64,000 nt of DNA from Turneriella sp. (GCA_965279515.1 CBDIID010000003.1:2761097-2825096), one strand, 5' to 3'; shown: positions 28,874 through 38,573, counted from the stretch's first letter. Notes: a model not told the origin generated them from the letters alone. Numbers and translations are program-made.

Positions 28874-29554
28874 CTATTCAGGAATCCGAATACTAAAATC
28901 GTCAAACGCAAAAGAGATTGGAGTGCCTGGCGTGGCGGCAAAACCATAGACACCTGAATAGCCCGTCACATAAGTTGAATCCAGAACAGTTAATGAATCC
29001 GATACGGCACCGGCTAACTCGCAGCTTAGCTGGTTATATTCCAGTTTAAAGGTTATTAAATATTGATTTCCTACAATAACGGTAATCGGCGATGAAGAAA
29101 CGGACAAATCCGATCGAAGACCTGCACTGTTTTTGAAAATCGTAAGCCTTTTGGGATTTGTAGTCCCGTCAATTCCGCAGAAATATCCATCAGATGGCGC
29201 AGACTTTAACTTTGATCTCGCAACCAGCATAAGCGAATGGTTCTGCGCGGGAAGAGTGGTTAAGGCCGTAAGCCGAGTGGCATGAAACGATTTCCTTTGA
29301 TCTACTTTGCGTGAACAAGCTACAAAAGTATAGTTTCCCCCGGAAAAATTAACTACAGCATTTTGGTTTATGATTGATGCTTGAAAATAATTAACCCCCG
29401 AAACCTGCCAATTTTCACCCAAACTTGAAGAATCGCTCCTGTTGAAATCATCATTGCAGAATTCAGGATTGGATTCCCTTTCCATGTTTAATTGCGTACA
29501 GCACGTAAGAAGCACCAAAATAATTGACCCATAACGCAGTCGAAATCGCAGCAT
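28874..29554 (-). CDS. Hypothetical lipoprotein (concanavalin/LamG-like beta-sandwich), paralog 2
   Basis: LLTCC lipobox; FCNDDFNRSDSSSLGENW motif shared with 29556-30251. Confidence 0.65.
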   Translation of the reverse strand: MLRFRLRYGSIILVLLTCCTQLNMERESNPEFCNDDFNRSDSSSLGENWQVSGVNYFQASIINQNAVVNFSGGNYTFVACSRKVDQRKSFHATRLTALTTLPAQNHSLMLVARSKLKSAPSDGYFCGIDGTTNPKRLTIFKNSAGLRSDLSVSSSPITVIVGNQYLITFKLEYNQLSCELAGAVSDSLTVLDSTYVTGYSGVYGFAATPGTPISFAFDDFSIRIPE

Positions 29555-29555
29555 A

Positions 29556-30251
29556 TTATTGTGCTACCTCCGACTTAAAACTATCAAAGAGTACCGTAAT
29601 CGGCCCGCCTGTCCCTTCGCCGAAGAATCCCACTTGGCCGACCTGAAGGGCGCTATCCGTGGTCCGTAAAGCAACCTGACTCGAGCCGATATTTACGCTA
29701 CACAAAAGCGATGCCCCATCCATCGCGAAAATAATAGATGCTGTTGTTCCTGCAGGAATACTGGAGATTGAATTATCTACCGCTAACTGTATAACGTTTC
29801 CTTGACTAACATTAAACAGAGCAATTTTATTTTGATAGAAGCCACATAAATAAAGGTCTGTGATCAAATTCTTCACGCGCGCCACCAAGGCGAATTTGTG
29901 GTTTGCCAAAGCTGTCATTTGAGGCTGAATTCTAAGCGATATTTTAGATTTGGTATGCTCTATGCGATTCTTACAAGCGAGGACAATATACCTAAGCGTC
30001 AGATCAAGTTTCCCCATTTGGTTGCTGATGCTAACTGTCGGTGGCGCCGAGTAGGGAAATAAGCCTGTAGCCTCCCATTTATCTCCAAGGTCCGAAGAAT
30101 CTGGTCGATTAAACTCATCAGAGCATAAATCGTTATTAGAGGCTTCAAGTAAGTCTACTTGCGCGCAGTTTATGAACACTCCCAAGAGGACAAAAAGGGA
30201 AAAAATAGATCCCGAAACAAAGCGATTAACCGACACCCCCTTAAAAACCAT
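29556..30251 (-). CDS. Hypothetical lipoprotein (concanavalin/LamG-like beta-sandwich), paralog 1
   Basis: FINC lipobox; LCSDEFNRPDSSDLGDKW...GQVGFF...FDSFK. Confidence 0.65.
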   Translation of the reverse strand: MVFKGVSVNRFVSGSIFSLFVLLGVFINCAQVDLLEASNNDLCSDEFNRPDSSDLGDKWEATGLFPYSAPPTVSISNQMGKLDLTLRYIVLACKNRIEHTKSKISLRIQPQMTALANHKFALVARVKNLITDLYLCGFYQNKIALFNVSQGNVIQLAVDNSISSIPAGTTASIIFAMDGASLLCSVNIGSSQVALRTTDSALQVGQVGFFGEGTGGPITVLFDSFKSEVAQ

Positions 30252-31311
30252 AACCCATACCCATTAAAACTTGCAGGGTGTTTAAATCTGCGCCCTGGAA
30301 TAGGATATGTGAGTAACTTCCCATCACTGATAGCGAAAGAGTTCGCCAGAGAATATAACGTAACTCCAGATTTGCGCGCAGTTCAATGTCCCGCGATTGC
30401 AATATGGCATTGTCAAAATCCCGCTGCAGCTCGGAAATTGCAGCACCCACGAGTGCCGAGAAATGGATGGTAAACGTTCGAAAAGCTGAATAGCCGAAAT
30501 CCACGCCACCCAATATAGAAACGGGTTGAATACGTAAGCCAGGAAAGATACCTGCTTTATTCTGGTATTTAACGTAAGAGCCTGCAATTACAGGTGAAAA
30601 ATGGAATCTACCCGACTGAAATGCCGAATAACCAATCTGACCATAAATTCCGAATGCGCCTTTGTAAATTTCGCTGAATTGTCCCTGCAGTGGCGCCGAG
30701 TAGAATCCGTAGACACCAACGTGAAGTTCGTTTGTTTTTTGATAGCGAATAATTTCTTCGCGTGGGAGCGGAGGTAAGGCTGTTTTCATTTTCATACTCA
30801 TCTTATTGGAAAGCATATTAATGCCCTCAAATAATTTCAGGCTGGTTACCTGCATGACAATATTTTCCGTCACTTTTACCCGTTGGGATTGAACGTCGAT
30901 AGCTTGAGCCTGAACCTGGGCAACTCCCTGGATCGTCAGAAAATTACCAATCAGCACAATATCAGCCTCAGCTTTCTTTCCCAAACCAACTGCCGTTTCA
31001 ATTTCGTATAACTTAGCGGCCGAAATTTGCAGATCTTGAGCGAGTTTGCGACCTTTTTGTGGATCAAGGATATCAAAGGAGCCCGTTTCCTCCAAAGGTT
31101 TTACAAAGGAATCGGGAATTGTTGGTGTTAGGAAATCACTCGCCACATCTTTTTTCTGGTTAACGAAATCCAGAATCAACACACGGCGCTTAATCATTTC
31201 CTTAGCACCGATAGTGGAAGAATACACCAGGAACAAAAGGAAGAATAAGCAATAATTTTTCACTGGATTAGCACCGGAAAAATGAACGTCACGTAAATAG
31301 ACTTTCACCAA
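30241..31311 (-). CDS. Predicted OMP: TolB-N/CsgG-like domain plus beta-barrel
   Basis: Signal; RRVLILDFVN...ADIVLIGNF; barrel ending MGMGYGF. Confidence 0.65.
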   Translation of the reverse strand: MVKVYLRDVHFSGANPVKNYCLFFLLFLVYSSTIGAKEMIKRRVLILDFVNQKKDVASDFLTPTIPDSFVKPLEETGSFDILDPQKGRKLAQDLQISAAKLYEIETAVGLGKKAEADIVLIGNFLTIQGVAQVQAQAIDVQSQRVKVTENIVMQVTSLKLFEGINMLSNKMSMKMKTALPPLPREEIIRYQKTNELHVGVYGFYSAPLQGQFSEIYKGAFGIYGQIGYSAFQSGRFHFSPVIAGSYVKYQNKAGIFPGLRIQPVSILGGVDFGYSAFRTFTIHFSALVGAAISELQRDFDNAILQSRDIELRANLELRYILWRTLSLSVMGSYSHILFQGADLNTLQVLMGMGYGF

Positions 31312-31391
31312 TAGCTGCCAGGAATTCCGGTGTTTTTCCTCGGGCTCAAAATCCTTGACCCGGCATAACGCGGCACACCAACGCTACCATT

Positions 31392-32579
31392 ATGGAATCT
31401 TACCTTCTCGACTGGTTACAACTCGGCGTGCGCTGGCTGCACATGATCGCCGGCATCGCCTGGATCGGCGCCTCGTTCTATTTCGTCTGGCTGAATAATA
31501 ACGTCCGCCGGCCCGTTGAGCCCAATGCTCCCGATGGCGAAAAAGATGGCGAGCTGCATGCCATCCACGGCGGCGGGTTTTACCGCGTGCAGCGCTATGC
31601 GCTCGCGCCGAAAGAACTTCCCCATGACCTGCATTGGTTTAAATGGGAAGCGTATACGACATGGCTTTCGGGCATCAGCCTTCTGGCCTTAGTCTATTAC
31701 CTGAATCCCCAGGTCTATCTCGTCGACACCGCCATTGCAAAAATCGGCTCGGGTGCCGCCATCGGCATCGGCGTGGGATTCATACTTGCGGGGTGGTTTG
31801 TTTACGATTTGCTGCAACGCTCGCCCCTGGGCAAAAGCCAGCTCGCGTTTGGGATTGTTTTCTTCGCTCTCGTCATGGGCGCGACCTGGTTTATCTGCCA
31901 CACCTTCGGCGGCCGCGCCGCCTACCTGCATGTCGGCGCGATGCTAGGCACGATCATGGTCGCGAACGTGTTCTTTGTCATCATTCCCTCGCAGCGCGAA
32001 CTCGTGCACGCCAAAGAGCAGGGCCGCCTGCCCGAAAAGAAAATGGCCGAAATGGCCAAGAACCGCTCGCTGCATAACAACTACCTGACGCTGCCTGTGC
32101 TCTTTATCATGATCTCGAATCATTACCCGATGACGTTCTCGCATGAATATAACTGGGCGATTCTGGGCGCGATCTCGATGGGTGGGGCGCTTATCCGCCA
32201 CTGGTTCAACCTGCGCGGCCAAGGGAAGTCCGCACCATACCTGTGGGTCATCAGTGCGGCCGTCTTCATTGCCGTGATCTGGTTCACTGCCCCCAAAAAA
32301 CAAGCCGCTGGGGCGCCCGTCGCATTCAGGGAAGTCGATGCCCTCATGGGTAAACACTGCCGGGGATGCCACTCGGAGAAACCGACAGACGCGATTTTCA
32401 AGATCGCCCCGAACGGCGTGAAATACGATACCGCTCAGCAGATCGCCGTAATGGCCTCTAAGATCAAACAAAGGGCGGTTGAAACGCCTTCAATGCCCTT
32501 TGGAAACAAGACAAATATGACCCCCGAAGAGCGGGTGCTGCTCGGACGCTGGATCGATCAGGGCGCGAAGGTTGAGTAA
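31392..32579 (+). CDS. puuD: Urate hydroxylase PuuD (COG3748 membrane domain plus cytochrome c)
   Basis: RWLHMIAGIAWIGASFYF, HGGGFY, LHWFKWEAYTTWLSG, RSLHNNYLTLPVLFIMISNHY, C-terminal CRGCH. Confidence 0.9.
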   Translation: MESYLLDWLQLGVRWLHMIAGIAWIGASFYFVWLNNNVRRPVEPNAPDGEKDGELHAIHGGGFYRVQRYALAPKELPHDLHWFKWEAYTTWLSGISLLALVYYLNPQVYLVDTAIAKIGSGAAIGIGVGFILAGWFVYDLLQRSPLGKSQLAFGIVFFALVMGATWFICHTFGGRAAYLHVGAMLGTIMVANVFFVIIPSQRELVHAKEQGRLPEKKMAEMAKNRSLHNNYLTLPVLFIMISNHYPMTFSHEYNWAILGAISMGGALIRHWFNLRGQGKSAPYLWVISAAVFIAVIWFTAPKKQAAGAPVAFREVDALMGKHCRGCHSEKPTDAIFKIAPNGVKYDTAQQIAVMASKIKQRAVETPSMPFGNKTNMTPEERVLLGRWIDQGAKVE

Positions 32580-33933
32580 GACTCTGCTTAAGAGCCGGCG
32601 GGCCGTCATTGGCAATGAAGTCAAACCCGCGGCGGTCATGATCGACGGCGAAATGATTACCGATATTCTCCCCTATGACGCGGCTTTAGGGTCGACGGGT
32701 ATCCATATCATCGACTACGGCGACCTCGCTCTCATGCCCGGCGTCGTCGACACGCACGTGCACATCAACCAACCGGGCCGCACCGAGTGGGAGGGCTTTC
32801 AGACGGCCACCGCCGCCGCCGCAAAAGGCGGCATCACTACCCTCGTCGACATGCCGCTCAACTGCGACCCGGTCACCACAACGCGTGCGGCGCTCGAGGC
32901 AAAACTCAAATCGTGTGCGGGACTCTTGCATGTCGATTGCGGTTTTTATGGCGGCGTGATTCCCGGCAACCTGAACGACCTCGAACCGCTGATCGATGCC
33001 GGCGTGCTCGGCTTCAAGAGTTTTCTTATCCATTCGGGCATCCACGAGTTTCCGCACTGCGGCGAAGCCGAACTGCGCGCGGCGATCCCGATTCTCAAAA
33101 AAGGCGGAGTCCCCTACCTCATGCATGCGGAGTTGGAGTCCCCCTCCGCCTCCGGCGCCTCCCCCGTAAACGGGGGAGGCCGGATGGGGGACAATCGTTC
33201 GTATGCTACCTACCTAGCCTCGCGCCCGCGCCGCTGGGAAAATGATGCCATCGAACTTATGGCCCGCCTCGCGGATGAGACCAACGCGCACCTGCATGTC
33301 GTGCATCTGTCGTCGTCGGATGCCCTCACGACGCTGGAAGGTGCGCGCAAAAAAAATATCCCGCTGAGCGTCGAGACCTGCCATCATTACCTGACGTATT
33401 GCTCCGAAGAGATTCCTGACGGCCGTACCGAATTCAAATGCGCGCCGCCGATACGCGAAAGAGAGAACCGCGAAAAACTCTGGGCGGCGCTGAAAAACGG
33501 CACGATTGATTTTGCCGTGTCAGACCATTCGCCGTGCACGCCTGAACTCAAGGCCGCCGAATCGGGCGATTTTATGAAAGCGTGGGGCGGCATCGCCGGA
33601 TTGCAATTCAGCCTCTCTGTCTTCCACACGGGGGCATCCGCCCGTGGTCTTTCGCTGGCGCAGATCAGTCATTTTCTCTCGGCGGCGCCGGCGAAATTTG
33701 TCGGCCTGAAGAACAAGGGCGCCATCGCGCCAGGCATGGACGCCGATCTCATTGTTTTCGATTCAGGAAAAAAATTCCGCGTCGAGCGCAGCGACATAGA
33801 ACACCGCCACGATGTTTCACCCTATATCGGTATGGAGCTTTTAGGGCAGGTCAAAGAAACCTGGCTGCGCGGCGTCTGTGTACATAAAGAGGGAAAATCC
33901 GTCGGCCCGGCGGGCAGGCCAATCTTACGCTAA
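32572..33933 (+). CDS. allB: Allantoinase
   Basis: PGVVDTHVHINQPGRTEWEGF, GGITTLVDMPLN, GFKSFL, ETCHHYL, FKCAPPIR, SDHSPC, AWGGI. Confidence 0.92.
   Translation: MSKTLLKSRRAVIGNEVKPAAVMIDGEMITDILPYDAALGSTGIHIIDYGDLALMPGVVDTHVHINQPGRTEWEGFQTATAAAAKGGITTLVDMPLNCDPVTTTRAALEAKLKSCAGLLHVDCGFYGGVIPGNLNDLEPLIDAGVLGFKSFLIHSGIHEFPHCGEAELRAAIPILKKGGVPYLMHAELESPSASGASPVNGGGRMGDNRSYATYLASRPRRWENDAIELMARLADETNAHLHVVHLSSSDALTTLEGARKKNIPLSVETCHHYLTYCSEEIPDGRTEFKCAPPIRERENREKLWAALKNGTIDFAVSDHSPCTPELKAAESGDFMKAWGGIAGLQFSLSVFHTGASARGLSLAQISHFLSAAPAKFVGLKNKGAIAPGMDADLIVFDSGKKFRVERSDIEHRHDVSPYIGMELLGQVKETWLRGVCVHKEGKSVGPAGRPILR
33138..33192. repeat. Nested GC-rich palindrome (family A) inserted in frame in allB
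   Basis: GTCCCCCTCCG...GCCTCCCCCGT-aa-ACGGGGGAGGC-CGGATGGGGGAC; same family as 22399-22460 but read on the opposite strand (SPSASGASPVNGGGRMGD). Confidence 0.8.
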
Positions 33934-36011
33934 TGCTCAAAACTGCCTGAACCGATGAATTCGCGCAGAATCGATGTTGAGGGTACATCGTCGGGCGAGA
34001 CCGCGACGAACTGTTCGAGCAGTTGCCGCAGGCGAAATGCAGTCGCGTACGACGGGCTGTGCGGCGGCACTTCGAGCAGGTAGCGGTCGGCATAGACCTT
34101 GAGCACCGACATCTCATAGATCAGCGAAGTATCAAACACGGCATCAGCCCGGTCGACGTGCGGAAAGATATAGGCGTGCTCGCCCGCGCGCACATCGCCC
34201 CAGCGCCGGATGTTATCTTGCGTCGCGAAACCGCGCTGGCGGCGGTCGCGCACAATACGGCGCAACAGGCGCAGGTCAGAGGGATTCACATGGCTGACCT
34301 TGTCGATCGGCAGCGTCAAGAGCGGCTGAATGAAGATGCGGAACACGTGGTTCGCCGGCACAACATCGCTCAAAAGTTCAGGGTTGAGACCATGGATGCC
34401 TTCGAGCACGAGCAGCTTTTGCGGACCGAGTGTGATTTCGGGCCCTGCCGTGTGTTCGCAGACGCCGGTGCGAAAATCGTAACGCGCGGTTTTTTGCGGC
34501 CTGCCTGAAACCAGCGCCTTCAAATGTTCCGCCAAGAGCTGCAGATTCAGCGAATGTATAGTTTCGAAATCTTTCTCACCGCGCTCGTTGAGTGGCACAT
34601 CGTCGCGGTTATGGTAATAGTCATCGATCGAAATGCCCTCGGGAATGAGTCCGTTGATGCGCAGCTGAATCGAAAGCCGGCGAATAAAAGTGGTTTTTCC
34701 GGAAGATGAGGGCCCGGCAACGCAGACAATCTTGATCTCGGGACGCGCCGCAATCTGGTCGGCGAGCGCTGCCAGCCGCTTTTCATGGTAACCCTCGGCA
34801 ACGCGAATAACTTCGCTGACCCGGCCATCGACGCAGGCGCGGTTGAGCGCGCCGAGGCTATTCAGCTCGAAGGATTTCAGCCATTGCTGGCTCTCTTGAG
34901 AAAGACGCGCAAACGAGGAAAATCCGGCGGTCACCGTACTTTCAGCGCCTGAAAGCAGAATGAGGCTTGAGCCATTGGCTTTGATGCGGAAGTCGCCGAC
35001 GAGACCGGCATGCGGCAAGAGCGGCCCATTGTAGATCGCCAGCATTCGGCCGCAGGTCACGAGGGGCACGTTGAGCATGCGCGCGGTCTGCAGTAACTGC
35101 ACCGCGTCGACCTGACCGCGCTTTTCGAAATAATTGAGTGCTTCATCGATATTCCACCACTCTTCACGGAAATCCGCATGGTGCTGTATCAGCTCGCGCA
35201 TGCGGCGCGTGAGCTTGTCGGCGATTTGTTGCGGGGTCAATGGATGGCCGTGCGGCAATTCAAGCCATTGCCCGGCGCCGACGCCGAAACCGAGCCGCAG
35301 CGATAATTTAGGCGTAATTTCTTCTGCCGCCTCCATGAGCAACAAAGCGAGCGAATGGCGGAGCACACGCTCGCCCTCCCAGTGTGCGCTGGTCAGAGGC
35401 TCGACGTCGACGTCGGAAAATATCTGCGTATCGAGCGAACTGACCCTGCGGTTCACGAGCGCCGCGACGACGGTTATCCCCGAAACCTGGGCAGGTAGAA
35501 TATCCCGCACGAAAGTGCCGGTCTTCACTTCGCTGACAGAGCCGTCTTCACGCGTGACTTTAACCTCTGCCTGCCGCGGCAGAGAACGTTGCCGCAGAAC
35601 CAGATCGAGGCTTTCTGTGCGCTCGACCAGCTGGCGGCCCAGCGTCGCAATAAGGCCCGACATGAGTTTCACAGCAAGCTGCGGCTGTGAGGCCTGCAAC
35701 TCTTCAAATCCCTTACGGTTGAGGCGGGCCAGCCGCAGGGATGTCTCGGCCCTGATGGTCGCGGCGCGGGGCCGGTGGGCAATGAGGCCCAGTTCGCCGA
35801 AATGATCGCCCGGCTTCAGCATGCCGAGCTCGAGATCATGCTTGAACATACGCACCGTGCCTGAAAGCACGAAGTACATGTCATCGGCGGCGCTGCCGAA
35901 ATGCACGACTTCTTCGCCGGGTTTAAACTCAGGGTATTCGAAATATTTCCCGAGATCTTTTCTTTCTTCTGTATTGAGGCCGGCGAGCACATCCACGCCT
36001 TCGGGAAGCAT
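33930..36011 (-). CDS. cNMP-binding domain fused to TGS/ThrRS-N-like domains and a uridine-kinase-like P-loop kinase
   Basis: FGELGLI...PRAATIRA phosphate-binding cassette; VAALVNRR TGS-like segment; AGPSSSGKTT, SIDDYY, LEGIHGLNP, RLLRRIVRD, GEHAYIFP. Confidence 0.85.
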   Translation of the reverse strand: MLPEGVDVLAGLNTEERKDLGKYFEYPEFKPGEEVVHFGSAADDMYFVLSGTVRMFKHDLELGMLKPGDHFGELGLIAHRPRAATIRAETSLRLARLNRKGFEELQASQPQLAVKLMSGLIATLGRQLVERTESLDLVLRQRSLPRQAEVKVTREDGSVSEVKTGTFVRDILPAQVSGITVVAALVNRRVSSLDTQIFSDVDVEPLTSAHWEGERVLRHSLALLLMEAAEEITPKLSLRLGFGVGAGQWLELPHGHPLTPQQIADKLTRRMRELIQHHADFREEWWNIDEALNYFEKRGQVDAVQLLQTARMLNVPLVTCGRMLAIYNGPLLPHAGLVGDFRIKANGSSLILLSGAESTVTAGFSSFARLSQESQQWLKSFELNSLGALNRACVDGRVSEVIRVAEGYHEKRLAALADQIAARPEIKIVCVAGPSSSGKTTFIRRLSIQLRINGLIPEGISIDDYYHNRDDVPLNERGEKDFETIHSLNLQLLAEHLKALVSGRPQKTARYDFRTGVCEHTAGPEITLGPQKLLVLEGIHGLNPELLSDVVPANHVFRIFIQPLLTLPIDKVSHVNPSDLRLLRRIVRDRRQRGFATQDNIRRWGDVRAGEHAYIFPHVDRADAVFDTSLIYEMSVLKVYADRYLLEVPPHSPSYATAFRLRQLLEQFVAVSPDDVPSTSILREFIGSGSFEH

Positions 36012-36125
36012 GCGTCTAAACCGAACCCCAACACGCGGCGGCGAGTAAGTTCATTAGCGCGCCAGGCTTGGCTGTTTTTCTATTTACGCCCGCCGCGGCC
36101 CAAACCCTTATCGCAGGCAAAACAT

Positions 36126-37340
36126 ATGTCAAACTATATCGAACTCGCAGAGACAGCCTTAAAGCGGGCTGACGAGCTTGCCCAATGCACCGAGGTACCG
36201 GGTATTCTCAAGCGCACCTTCATGTCTGACCCGATGCAAAAGGCACATGGTCTGGTGCGCAGCTGGATGCAAGCGGCGGGCATGTCGGTGCGCGTCGATG
36301 CACTCGGCAACCTGATCGGCCGCTTACCTGGCAAAACCGAAAAGATGTTTTTGACCGGCAGCCATCTCGACACCGTGCCCGACGCGGGTAAATACGACGG
36401 CATGCTGGGTGTGCTGATCGGCATCGCCGCGGCTGAAGCCATCGGCAAAGACCAGTTGGATTTCCACTTTGATACCATCGGCTTCAGTGACGAAGAGGGC
36501 GTGCGTTACAAAATGCCCTACCTGGGTTCGCTCGCCATCAGCGGCCTCTTTAAAGAAGAGTATCTTGCCCGTGTCGATGAGAAGGGTATCACGATGGCAG
36601 ACGCCATCAAAAATTTCGGCCTCAACCCGGCGGATTACCCCAGTGCTGCGTACAATTTCGCCGACGTGAAAGGTTTTGCCGAAGTACACATCGAGCAAGG
36701 CCCCGTACTCGAAACGGAAAGTCTGGCTCTGGGAGCCGTGACTGGTCTCGTGGGACAATCCCGCATCAAACTCTATTTCAAGGGATTAGCCAGCCATGCG
36801 GGCACAACACCGATGCCGGGTCGCCGCGACGCCTTTGCCGGGCTCAGCGAACTCTCCGTTTTCGTCGAAAAGTATGCCCAATCGGTGCCCCACCTCGTTG
36901 CCACGATCGGCATGGCGCAGATACGCCCCGGGGGGGCAAACGTGATTCCGGGCGAAGTCTATTTCAGCCTTGATATACGCCACGGCGACCAGCAGACGCT
37001 CGATAAGGCCACTGAAGTCATTTTACATGAGGCTAAAACGATCTCAAGCGCTCGTAAGATCAAAATGGAGATCGAAACGCAAGAGGCGCAGGCGGTCGTT
37101 AAATGCGACGATGGCTTAGTTAATAAAATGGCCCTGGCTATGGAAAAACACAGCCACAAGCCATTTCGCCTGGCCAGCGGGGCGGGTCACGATACGGCCA
37201 TTCTCTCCAAAGTCACGCCGACCGCCATGCTATTCATCCGCAGCCCGGGCGGTATCAGCCACAACCCGGTCGAGACGGTGAATGTCGAAGATGTGGCCGA
37301 GGCGATTCAAGTCTTCGTTGAATTTTTGAAATCCGTTTAG
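36126..37340 (+). CDS. allC: Allantoate amidohydrolase (M20 family)
   Basis: GSHLDTV..AGKYDG, FSDEEGVRY, EVHIEQGPVLE, HAGTTPM..RRDA, SGAGHD, GGISHNP; next to allB. Confidence 0.8.
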   Translation: MSNYIELAETALKRADELAQCTEVPGILKRTFMSDPMQKAHGLVRSWMQAAGMSVRVDALGNLIGRLPGKTEKMFLTGSHLDTVPDAGKYDGMLGVLIGIAAAEAIGKDQLDFHFDTIGFSDEEGVRYKMPYLGSLAISGLFKEEYLARVDEKGITMADAIKNFGLNPADYPSAAYNFADVKGFAEVHIEQGPVLETESLALGAVTGLVGQSRIKLYFKGLASHAGTTPMPGRRDAFAGLSELSVFVEKYAQSVPHLVATIGMAQIRPGGANVIPGEVYFSLDIRHGDQQTLDKATEVILHEAKTISSARKIKMEIETQEAQAVVKCDDGLVNKMALAMEKHSHKPFRLASGAGHDTAILSKVTPTAMLFIRSPGGISHNPVETVNVEDVAEAIQVFVEFLKSV

Positions 37341-38491
37341 GATTCCACCGCGAATTTTAATCCGGCATGCGCTTCGAGGCGTGCGACGAGTGGCCCCGCC
37401 ATGACACCGCCCGGCGTAAAACAGCCACCGTCAGATTCGACATCGAGCAGCGTCAGCGCCGCTTCAGATATCATCTTCGAAGTCGAGCCATAGCCGGGGT
37501 CACGGTCGCCCTTGACCGAAGCTTTAATTATACCGCCGTCGGGATATTCACCGGTGAAGAGCACATCGTAGAAACCGTTTTCTCTTTCTTCTTTAGATGG
37601 GCCATCGCCGGGCTTGAGACCCTTTCCGGAAAACGGATTGGCTTTCGCTGCGGCGTCGACGAGAGCGCGTGCGGCCTCGCCCAATGTTGTGAGCATCATT
37701 TCATCGTAAACGAAATCGGTGCCGTACTGGTGCTTCAGTAGAAAATTGGTACGGTGCACGTTCTTCGTATTGATCGGCGCCATCACAAAGGGAGCCGCCC
37801 AGACGCCCATGGTCTTATCGTATTCAGGAACCAGGCCCGACGGCTGCGACGGGCCGGTAAAGCCCGGCGTCAGCGCAAAGGGATTATTCAGCAGGCCCAG
37901 AATACCCGGGTCTTTGATCGAAGCTTTCAGCGTGGCCTTCATACTCGCCATGGTACCGCCCGAAGCGCCGCCCTGCATCTTGCGCACGCGGCCCTTGACG
38001 CGCGGCGCAGGTTTGCCGAATTTCTGGATGGCTTCTTGTTGCAAAAACCAGACGCCGAGATCGAACGGAATTGAATCGAAACCAGCGGAGAGCACAATAC
38101 GCGCGCCGCTTTTCTTCGCCGCCTCTTCATGCGCATCGATCATCTGCCGCGCCCAGGCGGGCTCGCCGTTGAGGTCGAGGTAGTCGGTGCCCGATGCGGC
38201 GCAGGCGGCGACGAGCGGAGTACCATAGAGCTGGTAGGGACCGACGGTGGTTAAGACCGAGCGGGTGCGGTTACACATCGCGGCCAGCGATGATGGGTTC
38301 TCCGCGTCAGCGGCAATGAGGGGGATGTCCTTCGATGCACCTACCGCATCGCGCACTTCGGCGAGTTTTGCCGTGTTGCGGCCCGCCATTGCCCAACCCT
38401 GGATGCCGCGCTGTACAAGGTACTCGGCGACAAGCCGACCTGTAAAACCGCTTGCGCCATAGACGATGATGTCGAATTCTCTTTGTGCCAT
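37337..38491 (-). CDS. Saccharopine dehydrogenase-like/trans-acting enoyl reductase family oxidoreductase
   Basis: YGASGFTGRL, TTVGPYQLYG, YLDLNGE, GFDSIPFDLG, DPGYGSTSKM. Confidence 0.9.
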   Translation of the reverse strand: MAQREFDIIVYGASGFTGRLVAEYLVQRGIQGWAMAGRNTAKLAEVRDAVGASKDIPLIAADAENPSSLAAMCNRTRSVLTTVGPYQLYGTPLVAACAASGTDYLDLNGEPAWARQMIDAHEEAAKKSGARIVLSAGFDSIPFDLGVWFLQQEAIQKFGKPAPRVKGRVRKMQGGASGGTMASMKATLKASIKDPGILGLLNNPFALTPGFTGPSQPSGLVPEYDKTMGVWAAPFVMAPINTKNVHRTNFLLKHQYGTDFVYDEMMLTTLGEAARALVDAAAKANPFSGKGLKPGDGPSKEERENGFYDVLFTGEYPDGGIIKASVKGDRDPGYGSTSKMISEAALTLLDVESDGGCFTPGGVMAGPLVARLEAHAGLKFAVES

Positions 38492-38573
38492 GGGTTATTT
38501 TAAGGAGGCGATTACTCGTGTCGCCACAAATTCCCTTAGGATGTAGCGTTCAGATTTTTAACGGAGAAAATTC

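Noticed and set aside
35901-36125. N-terminal extension of the allC ORF (similar extensions at 1853-1924, 11797-11946, 40630-40746, 42575-42925)
   Set aside because: The extensions overlap neighbouring genes and lack family similarity; downstream starts fit better
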